From contig NC_086106.1 of assembly GCF_963921235.1 (NCBI RefSeq), positions 23,808,001 through 23,872,000 of the forward strand: a stretch of 64,000 bases of DNA, written 5' to 3'. Position 1 is the stretch's first letter. Every line of letters begins with the position of its first letter. The translations under genes and the position numbers were made by a program. The DNA is from Mobula hypostoma (taxonomy: Eukaryota). Below the pieces are notes generated by a model. The model saw only the letters and a program-made list of their open reading frames with translations. It had not been told where the DNA came from and did not search any database. This document shows positions 1 to 12,200 of this stretch, one piece after another.

Positions 1-1110
1 CTGCACTAATACCTCTATGCTCCTGTACTCGAATCCTCTCGCTATAAATGCCAGCATACCATTCGCCTTTTTCACCGCCTGATGTACCTGCATGCCCACT
101 TTCAATTACTGTTGTATAATGACACCCAGGTCTCGTTGCACCTCCCCTTTTCCTAATCGGCCACCATTCAGATAATAATCTGTTTTCCTATTTTTGCCAC
201 CAAAATGGATAACTTCACATTTATCCACATTAAATTGCATCTGCCATGATTTTGCCCACTCACCCAACCTATCCAAGTCACCCTGCATCCTCTTAGAATT
301 CTCCTCACAGCTAACACTGCCACCCAGCTTCGTGACATCCGCAAACTTGGAGATGCCGCATTTAATTCTCTCATCCAAGACATTAATATATATTGTAAAC
401 AACTGGGGTCCCAGCACTGAGCCTTGCGGTACCCCACTAGTCACCGCCTGCCATTCTGAAAAGGTCCCGTTTATTCCCACTCTTTGCTTGCTGTCTGCTA
501 ACCAATTCTGCACCCACACCAATACCTTACCCCCAATACTGTGTGCTTTAAGTTTGCACACTAATCTCCTGTGTGGGACCTTGTCAAAAGCCTTTTGAAA
601 ATCCAAATATACCACATCCACTGGTTCTCCCCTATCCACTCTACTAGTTACATCCTCAAAAAATTCTATGAGATTCGTCAGACATTATTTTCCATCCACA
701 AATCCATGCTGACTTTGTCCGATCATTTCACCGCTTTCCAAATGTGTTGTTATCACATCTTTGATAACTGACTCCAGCAGTTTCCCCACCACCGACGTTA
801 GGCTAACCGGTCTATAATTCCCCGGTTTCTCGCTCCCTCCTTTTTTAAAAAGTGGAGTTACATTAGCCACCCTCCAATCCTCAGGAACTAGTGCAGAATC
901 TAACGAGTTTTGAAAAATTATCACTAATGCATCCACTATTTCTTGGGCTACTTCCTTAAGCACTCGGATGCAGACCATCTGTCCCTGCGGACTTATCTGC
1001 CTTCAATCCCTTCAATTTACCTAACACCACTTCCCTACCAACATGTATTTCGCTCAGTTGCTCCAACTCACTGGACGCTCTGTTCCCTACTACTTCTGGA
1101 AGATTATTTA
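1..1110 (-). mobile_element. CR1 LINE copy A (RT region, decayed, runs off the window); its last 5' piece is at 4754-4802
   Basis: Minus-strand RT peptide GVPQGSVLGP...KFADVTKLGG (106-639) with a premature stop and frameshifts. Near-identical to positions ~1690-2800 of the adjacent copy. Confidence 0.93.
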
Positions 1111-1199
1111 TAGAAACATAGAAAATAGGTGCAGGAGTAGGCCATTCGGCCCTTCGAGCCTGCACCGCCATTTATTATGATCATGGCTGATCATCCAAC

Positions 1200-4199
1200 T
1201 CAGAACCCAGCCTTCCCTCCATACCCCCTGACCCCTGTAGCCACAAGGGCCATATCTAACTTCCATTTAAACATAGCTAATGAACTGGCCTCAACAGTTT
1301 GCTGTGGCAGAGAATTCCACAGATTCACCACTCTCTGTGTGAAGAAGTTTTTCCTAACCTCGGTCCTAAAAGGCTTCCCCTCTATCCTCAAACTGTGACC
1401 CCTCGTTCTAGACCTCCCCAACATCGGGAACAATCTTCCTGCATCTAGCCTGTCCAATCCCTTTAGGATCTTATACGTTTCAATCAGATCCCCCCTCAAT
1501 CTTCTAAATTCCAACGAGTACAAGCCCAGTTCATCCAGTCTTTCTTCATATGAAAGACCTGCCATCCCAGGAATCAATCTGGTGAACCTTCTTTGTACTC
1601 CCTCTATGGCAAAGATGTCTTTCCTCAGATTAGGGGACCAAAACTGCACACAATACTCCAGGTGTGGTCTCACCAAGGCCTTGTACAACTGCAGTAGTAC
1701 CTCCCTGCTCCTGTACTCGAATCCTCTCGCTATAAATGCCAGCATACCGTTCGCCTTTTTCACCGCCTGCTGTACCTGCATGCCCACTTTCAATGACTGG
1801 TGTATAATGACACCCAGGTCTCGTTGCACCTCCCCTTTTCCTAATCGGCCACCATTCAGATAATAATCTGTTTTCCTATTTTTGCCACCAAAGTGGATAA
1901 CTTCACATTTATCCACATTAAATTGCATCTGCCATGAGTTTGCCCACTCACCCAACCTATCCAAGTCACCCTGCATCCTCTTAGCATCCTCCTCACTGCT
2001 AACACTGCCACCCAGCTTCGTGTCATCCGCAAACTTGGAGATGCTGCATTTAATTCCCTCATCCAAGTCATTAATATATATTGTAAACAACTGGGGTCCC
2101 AGCACTGAGCCTTGCGGTACCCCACTAGTCACCGCCTGCCATTCTGAAAAGGTCCCGTTTATTCCCACTCTTTGCTTCCTGTCTGCTAACCAATTCTGCA
2201 CCCACACCAATACCTTACCCCCAATACCGTGTGCTTTAAGTTTGCACACTAATCTCCTATGTAGGACCTTGTCAAAAGCCTTTTGAAAATCCAAATATAC
2301 CACATCCACTGGTTCTCCCCTATCCACTCTACTAGTTACATCCTCAAAAAATTCTATGAGATTCGTCAGACATGATTTTCCTTTCACAAATCCATGCTGA
2401 CTTTGTCCGATCATTTCACCGCTTTCCAAATGTGCTGTTATCACATCCTTGATAACTGACTCCAGCAGTTTCCCCACCACCGACGTTAGGCTAACCGGCC
2501 TATAATTCCCCGGTTTCTCTCTCCCTCCTTTTTTAAAAAGTGGGGTTACATTAGCCACCCTCCAATCCTCAGGAACTAGTCCAGAATCTAACGAGTTTTG
2601 AAAAATTATCACTAATGCATCCACTATTTCTTGGGCCACTTCCTTAAGCACTCTGGGATGCAGACCATCTGGCCCTGGGGATTTATCTGCCTTCAATCCC
2701 TTCAATTTACCTAACACCACTTCCCTACTAACATGTATTTCGCTCAGTTCCTCCATCTCACTGGACCCTCTGTCCCTTACTATTTCTGGAAGATTATTTA
2801 TGTCCTCCTTAGTGAAGACAGAACCAAAGTAATTATTCAATTGGTCTGCCATGTCCTTGCTCCCCATAATCAATTCACCTGTTTCTGTTTGCAGGGGACC
2901 TACATTTGTCTTTATCAGTCTTTTCCTTTTTACATATCTATAAAAGCTTTTACAGTCCGTTTTTATGTTCTCTGCCAGTTTTCTCTCATAATCTTTTTTC
3001 CCCTTCCTAATTAAGCCCTTTGTCCTCCTCTGCTGAACTCTGAATTTCTCCCAGTCCTCAGGTGAGCCACTTTCTCTGGCTAATTTGTATGCTACTTCTT
3101 TGGAATTGATACTATCCCTAATTTCTCTTGTCAGCCACGGGTGCACTACCTTCCTTGATTTATTCTTTTGCCAAACTGGGATGAACAATTGTTGTAGTTC
3201 ATCCATGCAACCTTTAAATGCCTGCCATTGCATATCCACCGTCAATCCTTGAAGTGTCATTTGCCAGTCTATCTTAGCTAATTCATGTCTCATACCTTCA
3301 AAGTTACCCCTCTTTAAGTTCAGAACCTTTGTTTCTGAATTAACTACGTCACTCTCCATGTTAATGAAGAATTCCACCATATTATGGTCACTCTTACCCA
3401 AGGGGCCTCTCACGACAAGATCGCTAATTAACCCTTCCTCATTGCTCAAAACCCAGTCCAGAATAGCCTGCTCTCTAGTCGGTTCCTCGACATGTTGGTT
3501 CAAAAAACCATCCCGCATACATTCCAAGAAATCCTCTTCCTCAGCACCTTTACCAATTTGGTTCACCCAGTCTACATGTAGATTGAAGTCACCCATTATA
3601 ACTGCTGTTCCTTTATTGCACACATTTCTAATTTCCTGTTTAATACCATCTCCGACCTCACTACTACTGTTAGGTGGCCTGTACACAACTCCCACCAGCG
3701 TCTTCTGCCCCTTAGTGTTACGCAGCTCTACCCATATCGATTCCACATCTTCCCGGCTTATGTCCTTCCTTTCTATTGCGTTAATCTCTTTTTTAACCAG
3801 CAACGCCACCCCACCTCCCCTTCCTTCGTGTCTATCCCTCCTGAATATTGAATATCCCTGAACGTTGAGCTCCCATCCCTGGTCACCCTGGAGCCATGTC
3901 TCTGTGATCCCAACTATATCATAATCATTAATAACAATCTGCACTTTCAATTCATCCACCTTATTACGAATGCTCCTTGCATTGACACATAAAGCCTTCA
4001 GGCACTCTTTTACAACTCTCTTAGCCCTTTTTAATGCTTGCCCTGGATTTGTCGGCCTGCCACTTTTACTTTTCCCCTTTGTACTTTTTGCTTCTACGCT
4101 CACTTTACACCCCTCTGTCTCTCTGCACTGGTTCCCATCCCTCTGTTGTGAACTAACCTCCTCACACCTAGCCGCTTTAATTTGATTCCCACCCCCCAA
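1200..4199 (-). CDS. CR1 ORF2: APE endonuclease plus reverse transcriptase, 999 codons without a stop
   Basis: EN motifs NARSI, GITETW, GGGV, VYRPP, MGDFN, SDH; RT motifs YRPVSLTS, QHGF, YLDFQKAFD, GVPQGSVLGP, FADD. The ORF start called is TTG, not ATG. Confidence 0.95.
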   Translation of the reverse strand: MGGGNQIKAARCEEVSSQQRDGNQCRETEGCKVSVEAKSTKGKSKSGRPTNPGQALKRAKRVVKECLKALCVNARSIRNKVDELKVQIVINDYDIVGITETWLQGDQGWELNVQGYSIFRRDRHEGRGGGVALLVKKEINAIERKDISREDVESIWVELRNTKGQKTLVGVVYRPPNSSSEVGDGIKQEIRNVCNKGTAVIMGDFNLHVDWVNQIGKGAEEEDFLECMRDGFLNQHVEEPTREQAILDWVLSNEEGLISDLVVRGPLGKSDHNMVEFFINMESDVVNSETKVLNLKRGNFEGMRHELAKIDWQMTLQGLTVDMQWQAFKGCMDELQQLFIPVWQKNKSRKVVHPWLTREIRDSINSKEVAYKLARESGSPEDWEKFRVQQRRTKGLIRKGKKDYERKLAENIKTDCKSFYRYVKRKRLIKTNVGPLQTETGELIMGSKDMADQLNNYFGSVFTKEDINNLPEIVRDRGSSEMEELSEIHVSREVVLGKLKGLKADKSPGPDGLHPRVLKEVAQEIVDALVIIFQNSLDSGLVPEDWRVANVTPLFKKGGREKPGNYRPVSLTSVVGKLLESVIKDVITAHLESGEMIGQSQHGFVKGKSCLTNLIEFFEDVTSRVDRGEPVDVVYLDFQKAFDKVLHRRLVCKLKAHGIGGKVLVWVQNWLADRKQRVGINGTFSEWQAVTSGVPQGSVLGPQLFTIYINDLDEGIKCSISKFADDTKLGGSVSSEEDAKRMQGDLDRLGEWANSWQMQFNVDKCEVIHFGGKNRKTDYYLNGGRLGKGEVQRDLGVIIHQSLKVGMQVQQAVKKANGMLAFIARGFEYRSREVLLQLYKALVRPHLEYCVQFWSPNLRKDIFAIEGVQRRFTRLIPGMAGLSYEERLDELGLYSLEFRRLRGDLIETYKILKGLDRLDAGRLFPMLGRSRTRGHSLRIEGKPFRTEVRKNFFTQRVVNLWNSLPQQTVEASSLAMFKWKLDMALVATGVRGYGGKAGF

Positions 4200-4204
4200 C
4201 CATT

Positions 4205-4753
4205 CTAGTTTAAAGTCACCTCAGTAGCCCCCGCTAATCTCCCTGCCAGGATATTGGTCCCCCGAGGATTTAAGTGTAACCCGTCCTTTTTGTACAGGTC
4301 ACACCTGTGCCAAAAGAGGTCCCAATGATCCAAAAACTTGAATCCCTGCCCCCTGCTCCAATCCCTCAGCCACGCATTTATCCTCCACCTCATCGCATTC
4401 CTACTCTCACTGTCGCGTGGCACAGGCAGTAATCCCGAGATTACTACCTTTGCGGTCCTTTTTCTCAACTCCCTTCCTAGCTCCCTATATTCTTCTTTCA
4501 GGACCTCATCCCTTTTCCTACCTATGTCATTGGTACCTATGTGTACCAGGACCTCTGGCTCTTCACCCTCCCACTTCAGGATATCTTGGACACGATCAGA
4601 AATATCCCGGACCCTGGCACCAGGGAGGCAAACTACCATCCGAGTCTCTGGACTGCGTCCACAGAATCGCCTATCTGACCCCCTTACTATCGAGTCCCCT
4701 ATCACAACTGCCCTCCTCTTCCTTGCCCTACCCTTCTGAGCTACAGGGCCAGA
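4205..4753 (-). CDS. CR1 ORF1 C-terminal part, SGNH/GDSL esterase-like domain (5'-truncated)
   Basis: Motifs VIGDSIVRG, CLPGARV, HIGTND and DGLHLN match the SGNH blocks known from CR1 ORF1 proteins. Stop TAG lies just upstream of ORF2. Confidence 0.88.
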   Translation of the reverse strand, partial: SGPVAQKGRARKRRAVVIGDSIVRGSDRRFCGRSPETRMVVCLPGARVRDISDRVQDILKWEGEEPEVLVHIGTNDIGRKRDEVLKEEYRELGRELRKRTAKVVISGLLPVPRDSESRNAMRWRINAWLRDWSRGQGFKFLDHWDLFWHRCDLYKKDGLHLNPRGTNILAGRLAGATEVTLN

Positions 4754-4802
4754 CTCCTTAGTGAAGTCAGATCTAAAGTAATTATTCAATTGGTCTGCCA
4801 TG
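4754..4802 (-). mobile_element. Distal remnant of CR1 copy A (ORF2 segment MADQLNNYF)
   Basis: Matches 2805-2853 at 46 of 49 nt and continues copy A almost exactly where it stops at 1110. Confidence 0.8.
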
Positions 4803-4829
4803 AGATGTGTCCATTTTAATACCAGGTGA

Positions 4830-7607
4830 CCAATGCATAAAGCGGATGAGCTTAGAACGTTCATCCGTACTTCGTGCTATGATGTTGTGGCCATTACAGA
4901 GACCTGGATGGTGCAGGGTAAGAAATGGCTACTTCAAGTTCCAGACTTTAAACGTTTCAGAAAGACTAGGGAGGGGGCAAAAGACGTGGGTATGTGGCAC
5001 TGTCGATCTGAGATAGTTTCACGGCTGCAGAAAAGGAAGAAGTCAAGGAGGGGTTGTCTACGTAGTCTTTGTGGGTTGGAGTTAGTAATAGGAAGGGGTC
5101 AATATTTCTACTGGGTGTTTTTATAGACTACCCAATAGTGATGGGGACATCAAGGAGCAGATAGGGAGACAGATCCAGTGATAATAAAAGTGTTGTTGTG
5201 GTGTGAAGTTTACTTTCCCAAATATTGATTGGCAACTTCTAAGAGCGAGGGGTTTAGATGGGGTAAAGTTTGTTAGGTGTGTTCAGGAAGGTTTCTTGAC
5301 AAAATATGTAGATACGCCCACAGAGGCTGTACTTGCTCTGGTATTGGGAACTAAAACTGGTCTGGTGACAAGTCTCTCTGTGTGAGAGCATTTTGGAGAT
5401 AGTGATCTCAATTCTATCTCCTTTACCAGAGGAATTAGAACAGACAAGTTAGGGAACCGTTTAATTGGAGTACTGAATCTATCAGGCAGAAACTTAGAAG
5501 CAGATGTTCTCTGGGAACATTATGGAAGAAAAGTGGCAAATGTTCAGGAAATATTGGTGTGGGGTTCTACGTAGGTACATTCCATGAGACAGAGAAAGGA
5601 TGGTAGGGTCCGTCGTGTGAAAAGACTGTTATAAATCTAGTTCGAAGAAAACAAGAGCTTACGAAAGTTCCAAAAAACGAGGTAAAGTTAGGAATCTAGA
5701 AGATAATAAGGCTAGCAGGAAGGAACTTAAGAATGAAATTAGAAAAGCCAGAAGGGGCCATGAGAGAACATTGGCGGACAGGATCAAGGACAGGCCCAAG
5801 GTATTACAAGTATGTGAAGGGCAAGAGGATAAGACGTGAGAGAATAGGACCGATTAAGTGCGACAGAGAAGAAGAGCGTATGGGGCCGGAAGACGTAGCG
5901 GAGCTACTTAATGAATATTTTGATTCTGTATTCACTACGGAAAAGGATCTTGGCTATTTTAAGTATGACTTGCAGTGGACTGCAAGCTTGAGATTGTTTA
6001 TATTAAGGAAGAGGATCGGGCGGGATGTACCCCAGTCTTTTGTGGGAAACGAGGTAGGAGATTGCTGAGACTTTGAAAATTATCTATGGGTCTTCAGTGA
6101 GGGCGGAAGGGGTTCCAGAGGACTCAGGTGTTGAGGATGTTTTTTCCCTTTTTACACACAGGGAATAGGGATAGCCCAGGAAATTATAAGCCAGTGAGCC
6201 TTAATTCAGTGGTTGGTAAGTTGATGGAGAAGATGCTTAGAGGGAAGATATTTTGAACATTTGGAGAAGCATAATATGATTAGTAATAGTCAGCATGGCT
6301 TTGTTAAAGACAGTCGTGCATTACGAGCCTGATTGAAGTGTTTGAGGATGTGACTATACACATGATGACGGTAGAGCCGGAGAATTAACATATATAGATT
6401 TTAGCAAAGGAATAAGGTACTCCATGCTGGCTTATTGAGAACGTAAAGAGGTATGGGATCCAAGGGGACATGGCTTTGTGGATCCAGAACTGTCTTTCCC
6501 AAAGAAGGCAAAGAGTGGTTGTGGACGGATCATATTCTGCATGGCAGCCAGTGACCAGTGTGTGCGTCAGGGATCTGTTCTGTGACCCCTACTCTTTGTG
6601 ACTTTTATGATTGTCTTCGATGAGGAATTGGTGGAATGGGTTTGTAAATTTACTGATGACACAATGGTTGGGGAGGTTGCGGATAGTGTGGAGTGCTGTC
6701 AGATATTCCAATGGGACATTGATAGGATGCAAAACCGTGCTGAGAAGTGGCAGATGGACTTCAAACCATATAAGTGTGAGATTGTTCATTTTGGTAGGTC
6801 AAGGATGATGGCAGAATATAGCATTAATTGTAAGTTCTTGGAAGTGTGCAAGTTTAAAAGCATTCTGGGGATCAGAGTCCATAGGACCCTGAAAGCTTCT
6901 ACAGAGGTTGACTTTATGGCCTTCATCAATCGTGGGACCCGAGTTTAAGAGTTGAGAGGAAATGTTGCAAATATAAGGGACTCTGGTCAGACCCCACTTT
7001 GAGTACTGTGCTAAATTCTGGTGCCTCACTACAAGAAGGACGTAGAAACTACAGAAAGGGTGCAGAGGAGATTTACGGGGATTTTGCCTGTATTGGGATA
7101 ATCCGTTATGAGAATAGTTTGAGTGAACTCAGCCCTTTCTCCTTGTGCGACGGAGGATGAGAGGTGACCTGATGGAGTTGTAAAAGATAATAGAAAAATA
7201 GGAAACAAAAAATAGGTGCAGGAGTAGGCCATTCGGCCCTTCGAGCCTGCACCGCCATTTATTATGATCATGGCTGATCATAATCAGAGACATTGATCGT
7301 GTAGTTAGTCAGAGGCTCTTCCCCAGGGCTGAAATAGCTAGCACGAGAGGGCATCTTTTTAACGTGCTTGGAAGTGCGTACAGAGGAGTTACCATGTGAA
7401 CATTTTTTTTTTTCCGCAGAGAGTGGTGGGTAAGTGGCATGGGCTGCCGGCGGCGGTGATGGAGGCGGAAACAATTGGGTTTTTTGAAGAGATTCATGGA
7501 GCTTCGAAATGTTGAGGGCTATGGGTAAAGCCTAGGTATTTCTATGGTAGGGACATGTTCGACACAGCTTTGTGGGCTGAAGGGACTGTATTGTCTATGT
7601 TTCTAAA
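4830..7607 (+). mobile_element. Old, heavily mutated CR1 LINE (EN through 3' tail)
   Basis: Fragmentary YDVVAITETW, FVRCVQEGFL, YVKGKRI..ERIGPI and KFTDDT peptides with many stops and frameshifts. Tail gtctatgtttcta near 7600. Confidence 0.88.
7191..7281 (-). mobile_element. ~90-bp 3' stub of the young CR1 family inserted in the older CR1
   Basis: Near-identical to 1111-1194 (aataggtgcaggagtaggccattcggcccttcgagcc...). The host CR1 resumes after it. Confidence 0.85.
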
Positions 7608-10600
7608 CGATATACTGCAAATACAGTACACAATATCAATTCCGATGCCTCGCAAATAAAGGGAGTTCAAGTACTTAATAGGACAAGGCATTAAAGTGAT
7701 GGAAGCCTTGGAGCAACTGGTTGATGCTGGCTGGTTCTATTCTTGAACCGAGGGCTGTGATTAATTGTTGCTTTTTACATGCGCAGTCGGTGTTAAAGTG
7801 GAAATTATTGTTCGTTCATTCTTCCTCGCTTTCCCGAAACTGGCACTTCCCTGCGTTTATTTCCAGAAAAGAAACGCTTTTGGATTTCAAGATAGACAAG
7901 GGGGATGCAATGCATTTCAAGAAGGTGCACCTGGCTCGGAATTACCCATTATTTGGTAGGTTGCATTCTGTAGAGCAGAGACCTGTGGGGAAAAGTGCAT
8001 GTTTCCTTGGATGTGGCTGTAGATGTGGATGGATTGAAAAGAAGGCATATGCCTTGCTTGCCATCACGGGATTGAATGCTGAGATCAGGAGATTGTGCCA
8101 CTGTTATAACTACAAGACGGCATCAAAAATAATTCGTGAAGTTCTATTCTTGATTTATTTGGGTGCAGAATGTGCAGGAAAGACTTAGAAGGATGTTGGA
8201 AGGAATGAAAAGTCTGCGTTACCAGGAAAAGCTGGATCCGTTGAGCAGAAGAATGGACTTTTGGAAGATCAAACATGCACAAATAGGTATTTTTTTCAGT
8301 GTGCTGTATGCATGAAAGTATGAGGAATATCCGGTGTATATAGATTATATTATAAAAGTTTGATAAGATTCACAAATTTATCCCCAGCAGCAAAGACATG
8401 CGTTGAGGGAAACTTGGCAATCTGGATTCAGAATTGGCTGCCCCACAGGGAGCTTGGTCCGATAATAAAAGGAGATTATCTGTCAAATTTAGAAAGTAGA
8501 GACATACTTTAAAAAAAAAACATGGGCGTCCTTTTCGAACAGAGATGAGAAAGGATATCTTTGGTCCAAAAGTGAGGATACTGGGGTATGCTTTGCAACG
8601 CACAGCTGCCGGCCAAATCTGTATCTATATTTATGACAGAGGTTGAGTGATTCTTGATTGGTCAGGGTAGAAGCGATAAGGGGAGTAGAAAGGCGATTGG
8701 GATCGAAAGGAGAAAACGATTAGCCACCATGAAATGGCGAATGGAACTCTGTAGGCCCAAATGTTCTAAATCTCGCCCTATGTCTTTTGTGTTATTCACT
8801 ATACGCTGTGTTTCTGGTACGCTATGCACAGAAGGAAGATTGTGGGCCAGATTGTTGTGTAAATTTGTTATGTCTGCAATAGGGTATATGCCAATGCATC
8901 CCAACAATTAGAAGTTCATTATCATATCCTTTCTAGCATGTCGGCCATGCCCTCTTCTTCTATCCTGAGGCAACTCCCCGCGTTCGGTTACGATATCGCC
9001 TAAAATGATGGAATGATCGTCTATTCTGTTCAAATTCATTCCCCATTTCAGGCTTCCATCAATCGCCTTTCTCCTCTCCATTATCGCTCTTCTCAGGTTC
9101 ACCCCTGTTAAATACTCATTCCTCTCTACTTTCTTCTACCTACTTCAGCTCTCTACCGACTCTACCTACGATGTCCCAGCTAGACAATTCATGTCCCTTC
9201 CATCCTTACCGCCACCTGGCTCCATTTCTCAACATCCTTGTTGTACTTTTACTCCCATCTACCTTCTAGGGCTCTCTTCTTCCCTATTCCTTTCCAGTCA
9301 TCAATAACCGCATGCATTTTCTGTAAGATTAATGATGTTTCCTTTATCAGAACTGTTCAGCACTATTCACAGAATCTATCCCAGTATATTCCAAGCAATT
9401 AATCTTTTTATGGTAGCTCGTGACGTTGAGAAACTGAGAAACGACATTGAGTGTTATATTTTTGAAAGATCTGCAGTGCAGAAACGATTTGAACGTTGTT
9501 ACCGTGGGGAATTAAGGATTTTCTGTCACAACTCGAACTAAATATTTCAATTCCTGCTAAAAATTATGAAGCTGAAGAATCACACTGATATCGAAGATGC
9601 TGTACTGCACGCAAACTAGGATTAAAGACAAATAATAATAACAATAAGCTGAATCATTATTTCCATGTTCCCATTTGGTCGTCATGATTTACAGGAGTTG
9701 TGCGTAAGGCGGATGTTGACAAGTATGAAAGCGATTTAATTGGGTTTTGGGTTAGGATACATTGATTTTGACGGTTCGAAAATGAGTATACAGATAGGAT
9801 AATTGCATTTGCTTCCACAAGTTGCATCTCTGGCGAAATGCGCACAGGCTTCCATGTTTAATAATTCCGTGAAATTTCATTATGATAAACCTCCAAAGCA
9901 TATTCTCAGTTCTGTTCTAGAACGTGAGAAGTCTAAATTAAATGACCCAGTGGCGTTCGGAATTAAGTGAGAAATAGGATATACTGCAGCACGGAACTGC
10001 TGCTACTGAGCAAAGGACTCGATTTATGTTTGCTCTCTGTGCATCGTCGGGGAGCACAGACATATGTACTGCAGATATAAGCCGTATGTTTATTAACAGA
10101 ATGCCCACAGAAACACGATGTTGCTTCTCAGAAATAATAAAAAAAAAGGACCAACTAAATGTAAGTAGCGAACGTATGTCTCATTCTTCCATGTTCCCTA
10201 TGCCTTGTGGATCGCAGTGCGCCAGGGATAAAGTGACCCAGAGAGTTGCATGATTTGCTAATCACAGCTCGCACCCTGTCAGGAAAACAAGGCAACATAA
10301 TTTAAAATAATGTGTGTCTGCACCGGAGGAAAAAAAAAATCATCAGAATCATTGCATCCACATCAATCATTCAGGTATGTTTTGAGCGAACTAACTTGCA
10401 CATGATCAAGGAAGTCGCCACAATAAGAGAAGACACTGATATCAAAGAATATATTTCGTCTGTCAGAGGCTACAACTAAGCTTGCAGAAGGCGTTGGTTC
10501 CTCAAAAACTGTTTCAGCCAGACGTTTTAGCGCTCATGATGCATGCAAACTGGATTTCAAAGCGAAGTGATGTGTGGATAGCGACATGGATCCTGAGTTC

Positions 10601-10689
10601 TGGAGGGCTCTGGTCCGGCTGCAGATTGAAACGCCGAAGTAGTTTATGACTCTGTGAATTTTTACGGTTGATAACACAAGGCTCCATGA

Positions 10690-11720
10690 CGTATGCCATT
10701 ACACCTAACATGCACCTGGTCACAACACTTTTTTAAAAGAGGGACATTTGTGTCAGAATGTTGCTTCTTGACTTCAGTTCGGTATTCAGCATTATTGTCC
10801 CATTGACCTTAGTCAGATGGCTCCTACTCCTCGTTCTAAGTTTACTATTGTAAAAATGTACAAAACGGTGCTGGTCATAATAATAATAATAATAATAATA
10901 ATAAGCTTCATATAGGCATCATGAACAACTGTTCCACCCTCACCAGCATTTTTAACACAGGTACCACCCAGAATAATCTGTTGACCCCACTATTGTACGC
11001 TCGGTTCACAAACGGCCACTCGGCCAATATCCTGAGCAGTCATATTGTCAAGTTTGTCGAAGACACGGCAATGGAGGGTCCCATCAGCAAACACCATGAA
11101 ACGGCGTATAGAAAGGAGGTGCAAGAACATGCCTCTGGGTGGCAGGGAATAAATACGTTCAAATATGTGACCAAAACAAAGTAGATGCCGGCTGACTTTA
11201 AGACAACACGGACTACACACACCGTTGTGTGCATCGGCGATGCAGCGGAAACAGCGCAAAAGATTCAGTCTCCAGGGTGCATATATCTTGCAACGTTTTA
11301 TGGTCCAGGAGTACATCCTGAACAATCGGGAAGCGGAATACCCCCTATGTTTGTTTGTTTGTTTGTTTTTCCTGAGCGAAGCAGAGGGCTGGAGTATGCC
11401 TATGTGTACTCAAATCTATCTATATATGGACGGCAGAGAATGTTGTGACTTGCTGCAACACTGCCTGATGAGGAAATAACCCTACAGTGGACTGGGAGGC
11501 TGTACAGCGGTGAGTCAAAACATCCCAAAATATAATCAATACAATCCTACACGCCATCAAAGGCATAGATACAGAAAGATGCCCGAAAATGGCCAGTGAT
11601 ATCATGAGTGAAACAAGTCACCCAACTCGTGAACGACTTGACGCAGAGTCATCAGAATGGAGGTGAGATAGCCTCCAGATCGGGATCGCCAGGCTCGAAA
11701 TAGTTCGCCCTGATGAATGA
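10690..11720 (+). mobile_element. Rex1/Babar-type LINE remnant
   Basis: Peptides LLLDFSSVFSII and TPLLYA...IVKFVEDTAMEGPIS..ETAYRKEV resemble the Rex1 RT. Interrupted by (TAA)n near 10880. Confidence 0.72.
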
Positions 11721-11739
11721 GGCTGGAGAAGTGACTTGT

Positions 11740-12200
11740 AGCTCAATAAGGAGAGACTGAGAGTGAGAATGAATGTGTGTTAGGATGAAAGTTACGTGAG
11801 ATTGGCGGCTGAAAATACTTTAGCGAGACAAGGATTAATTTATAGCGGGGGAGAAGAAAGCGACAGAAAGAGAGACAGACAGATAGACAGAGGAGAGAGA
11901 GATCAACAGAGAGAGAGAGAGACAGACAGATAGACAGAATGAGAGACGAGAGATCAACACACAGAGAGGAAGAGTGAGAAAGAGAGACGGAGAGAGATGA
12001 AAAGAACAAGACTGACAGTTACCTTCGCACCAAAATATTAACGAATGCTCTACAAGGAAAACATATATCAGATTCGACTGTCAATCCGGACACTTCCAAA
12101 CAAGTATATGCATATAAACAGTCTCTGTTTCTCTCGCTTCCGACACATACACACATACACGCGCGCGCACACAAATGCACATACACAGACGCACACAAAC
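11740..12200. repeat. Composite (GA)n/(CA)n microsatellite region
   Basis: Directly visible dinucleotide-rich tracts. Confidence 0.85.

Larger units (their letters stand above)
1111..4753 (-). mobile_element. Young CR1 LINE copy B, 5'-truncated within ORF1
   Basis: 3' tail of (TTTCTATG)-type repeats at 1111, then 3'UTR, uninterrupted ORF2 and partial ORF1. Confidence 0.97.

Noticed and set aside
4205-4864. 219-aa ORF as a complete CR1 ORF1
   Set aside because: Its N-terminus is borrowed from flanking DNA and the ORF2 remnant of copy A, so it is a junction artefact.
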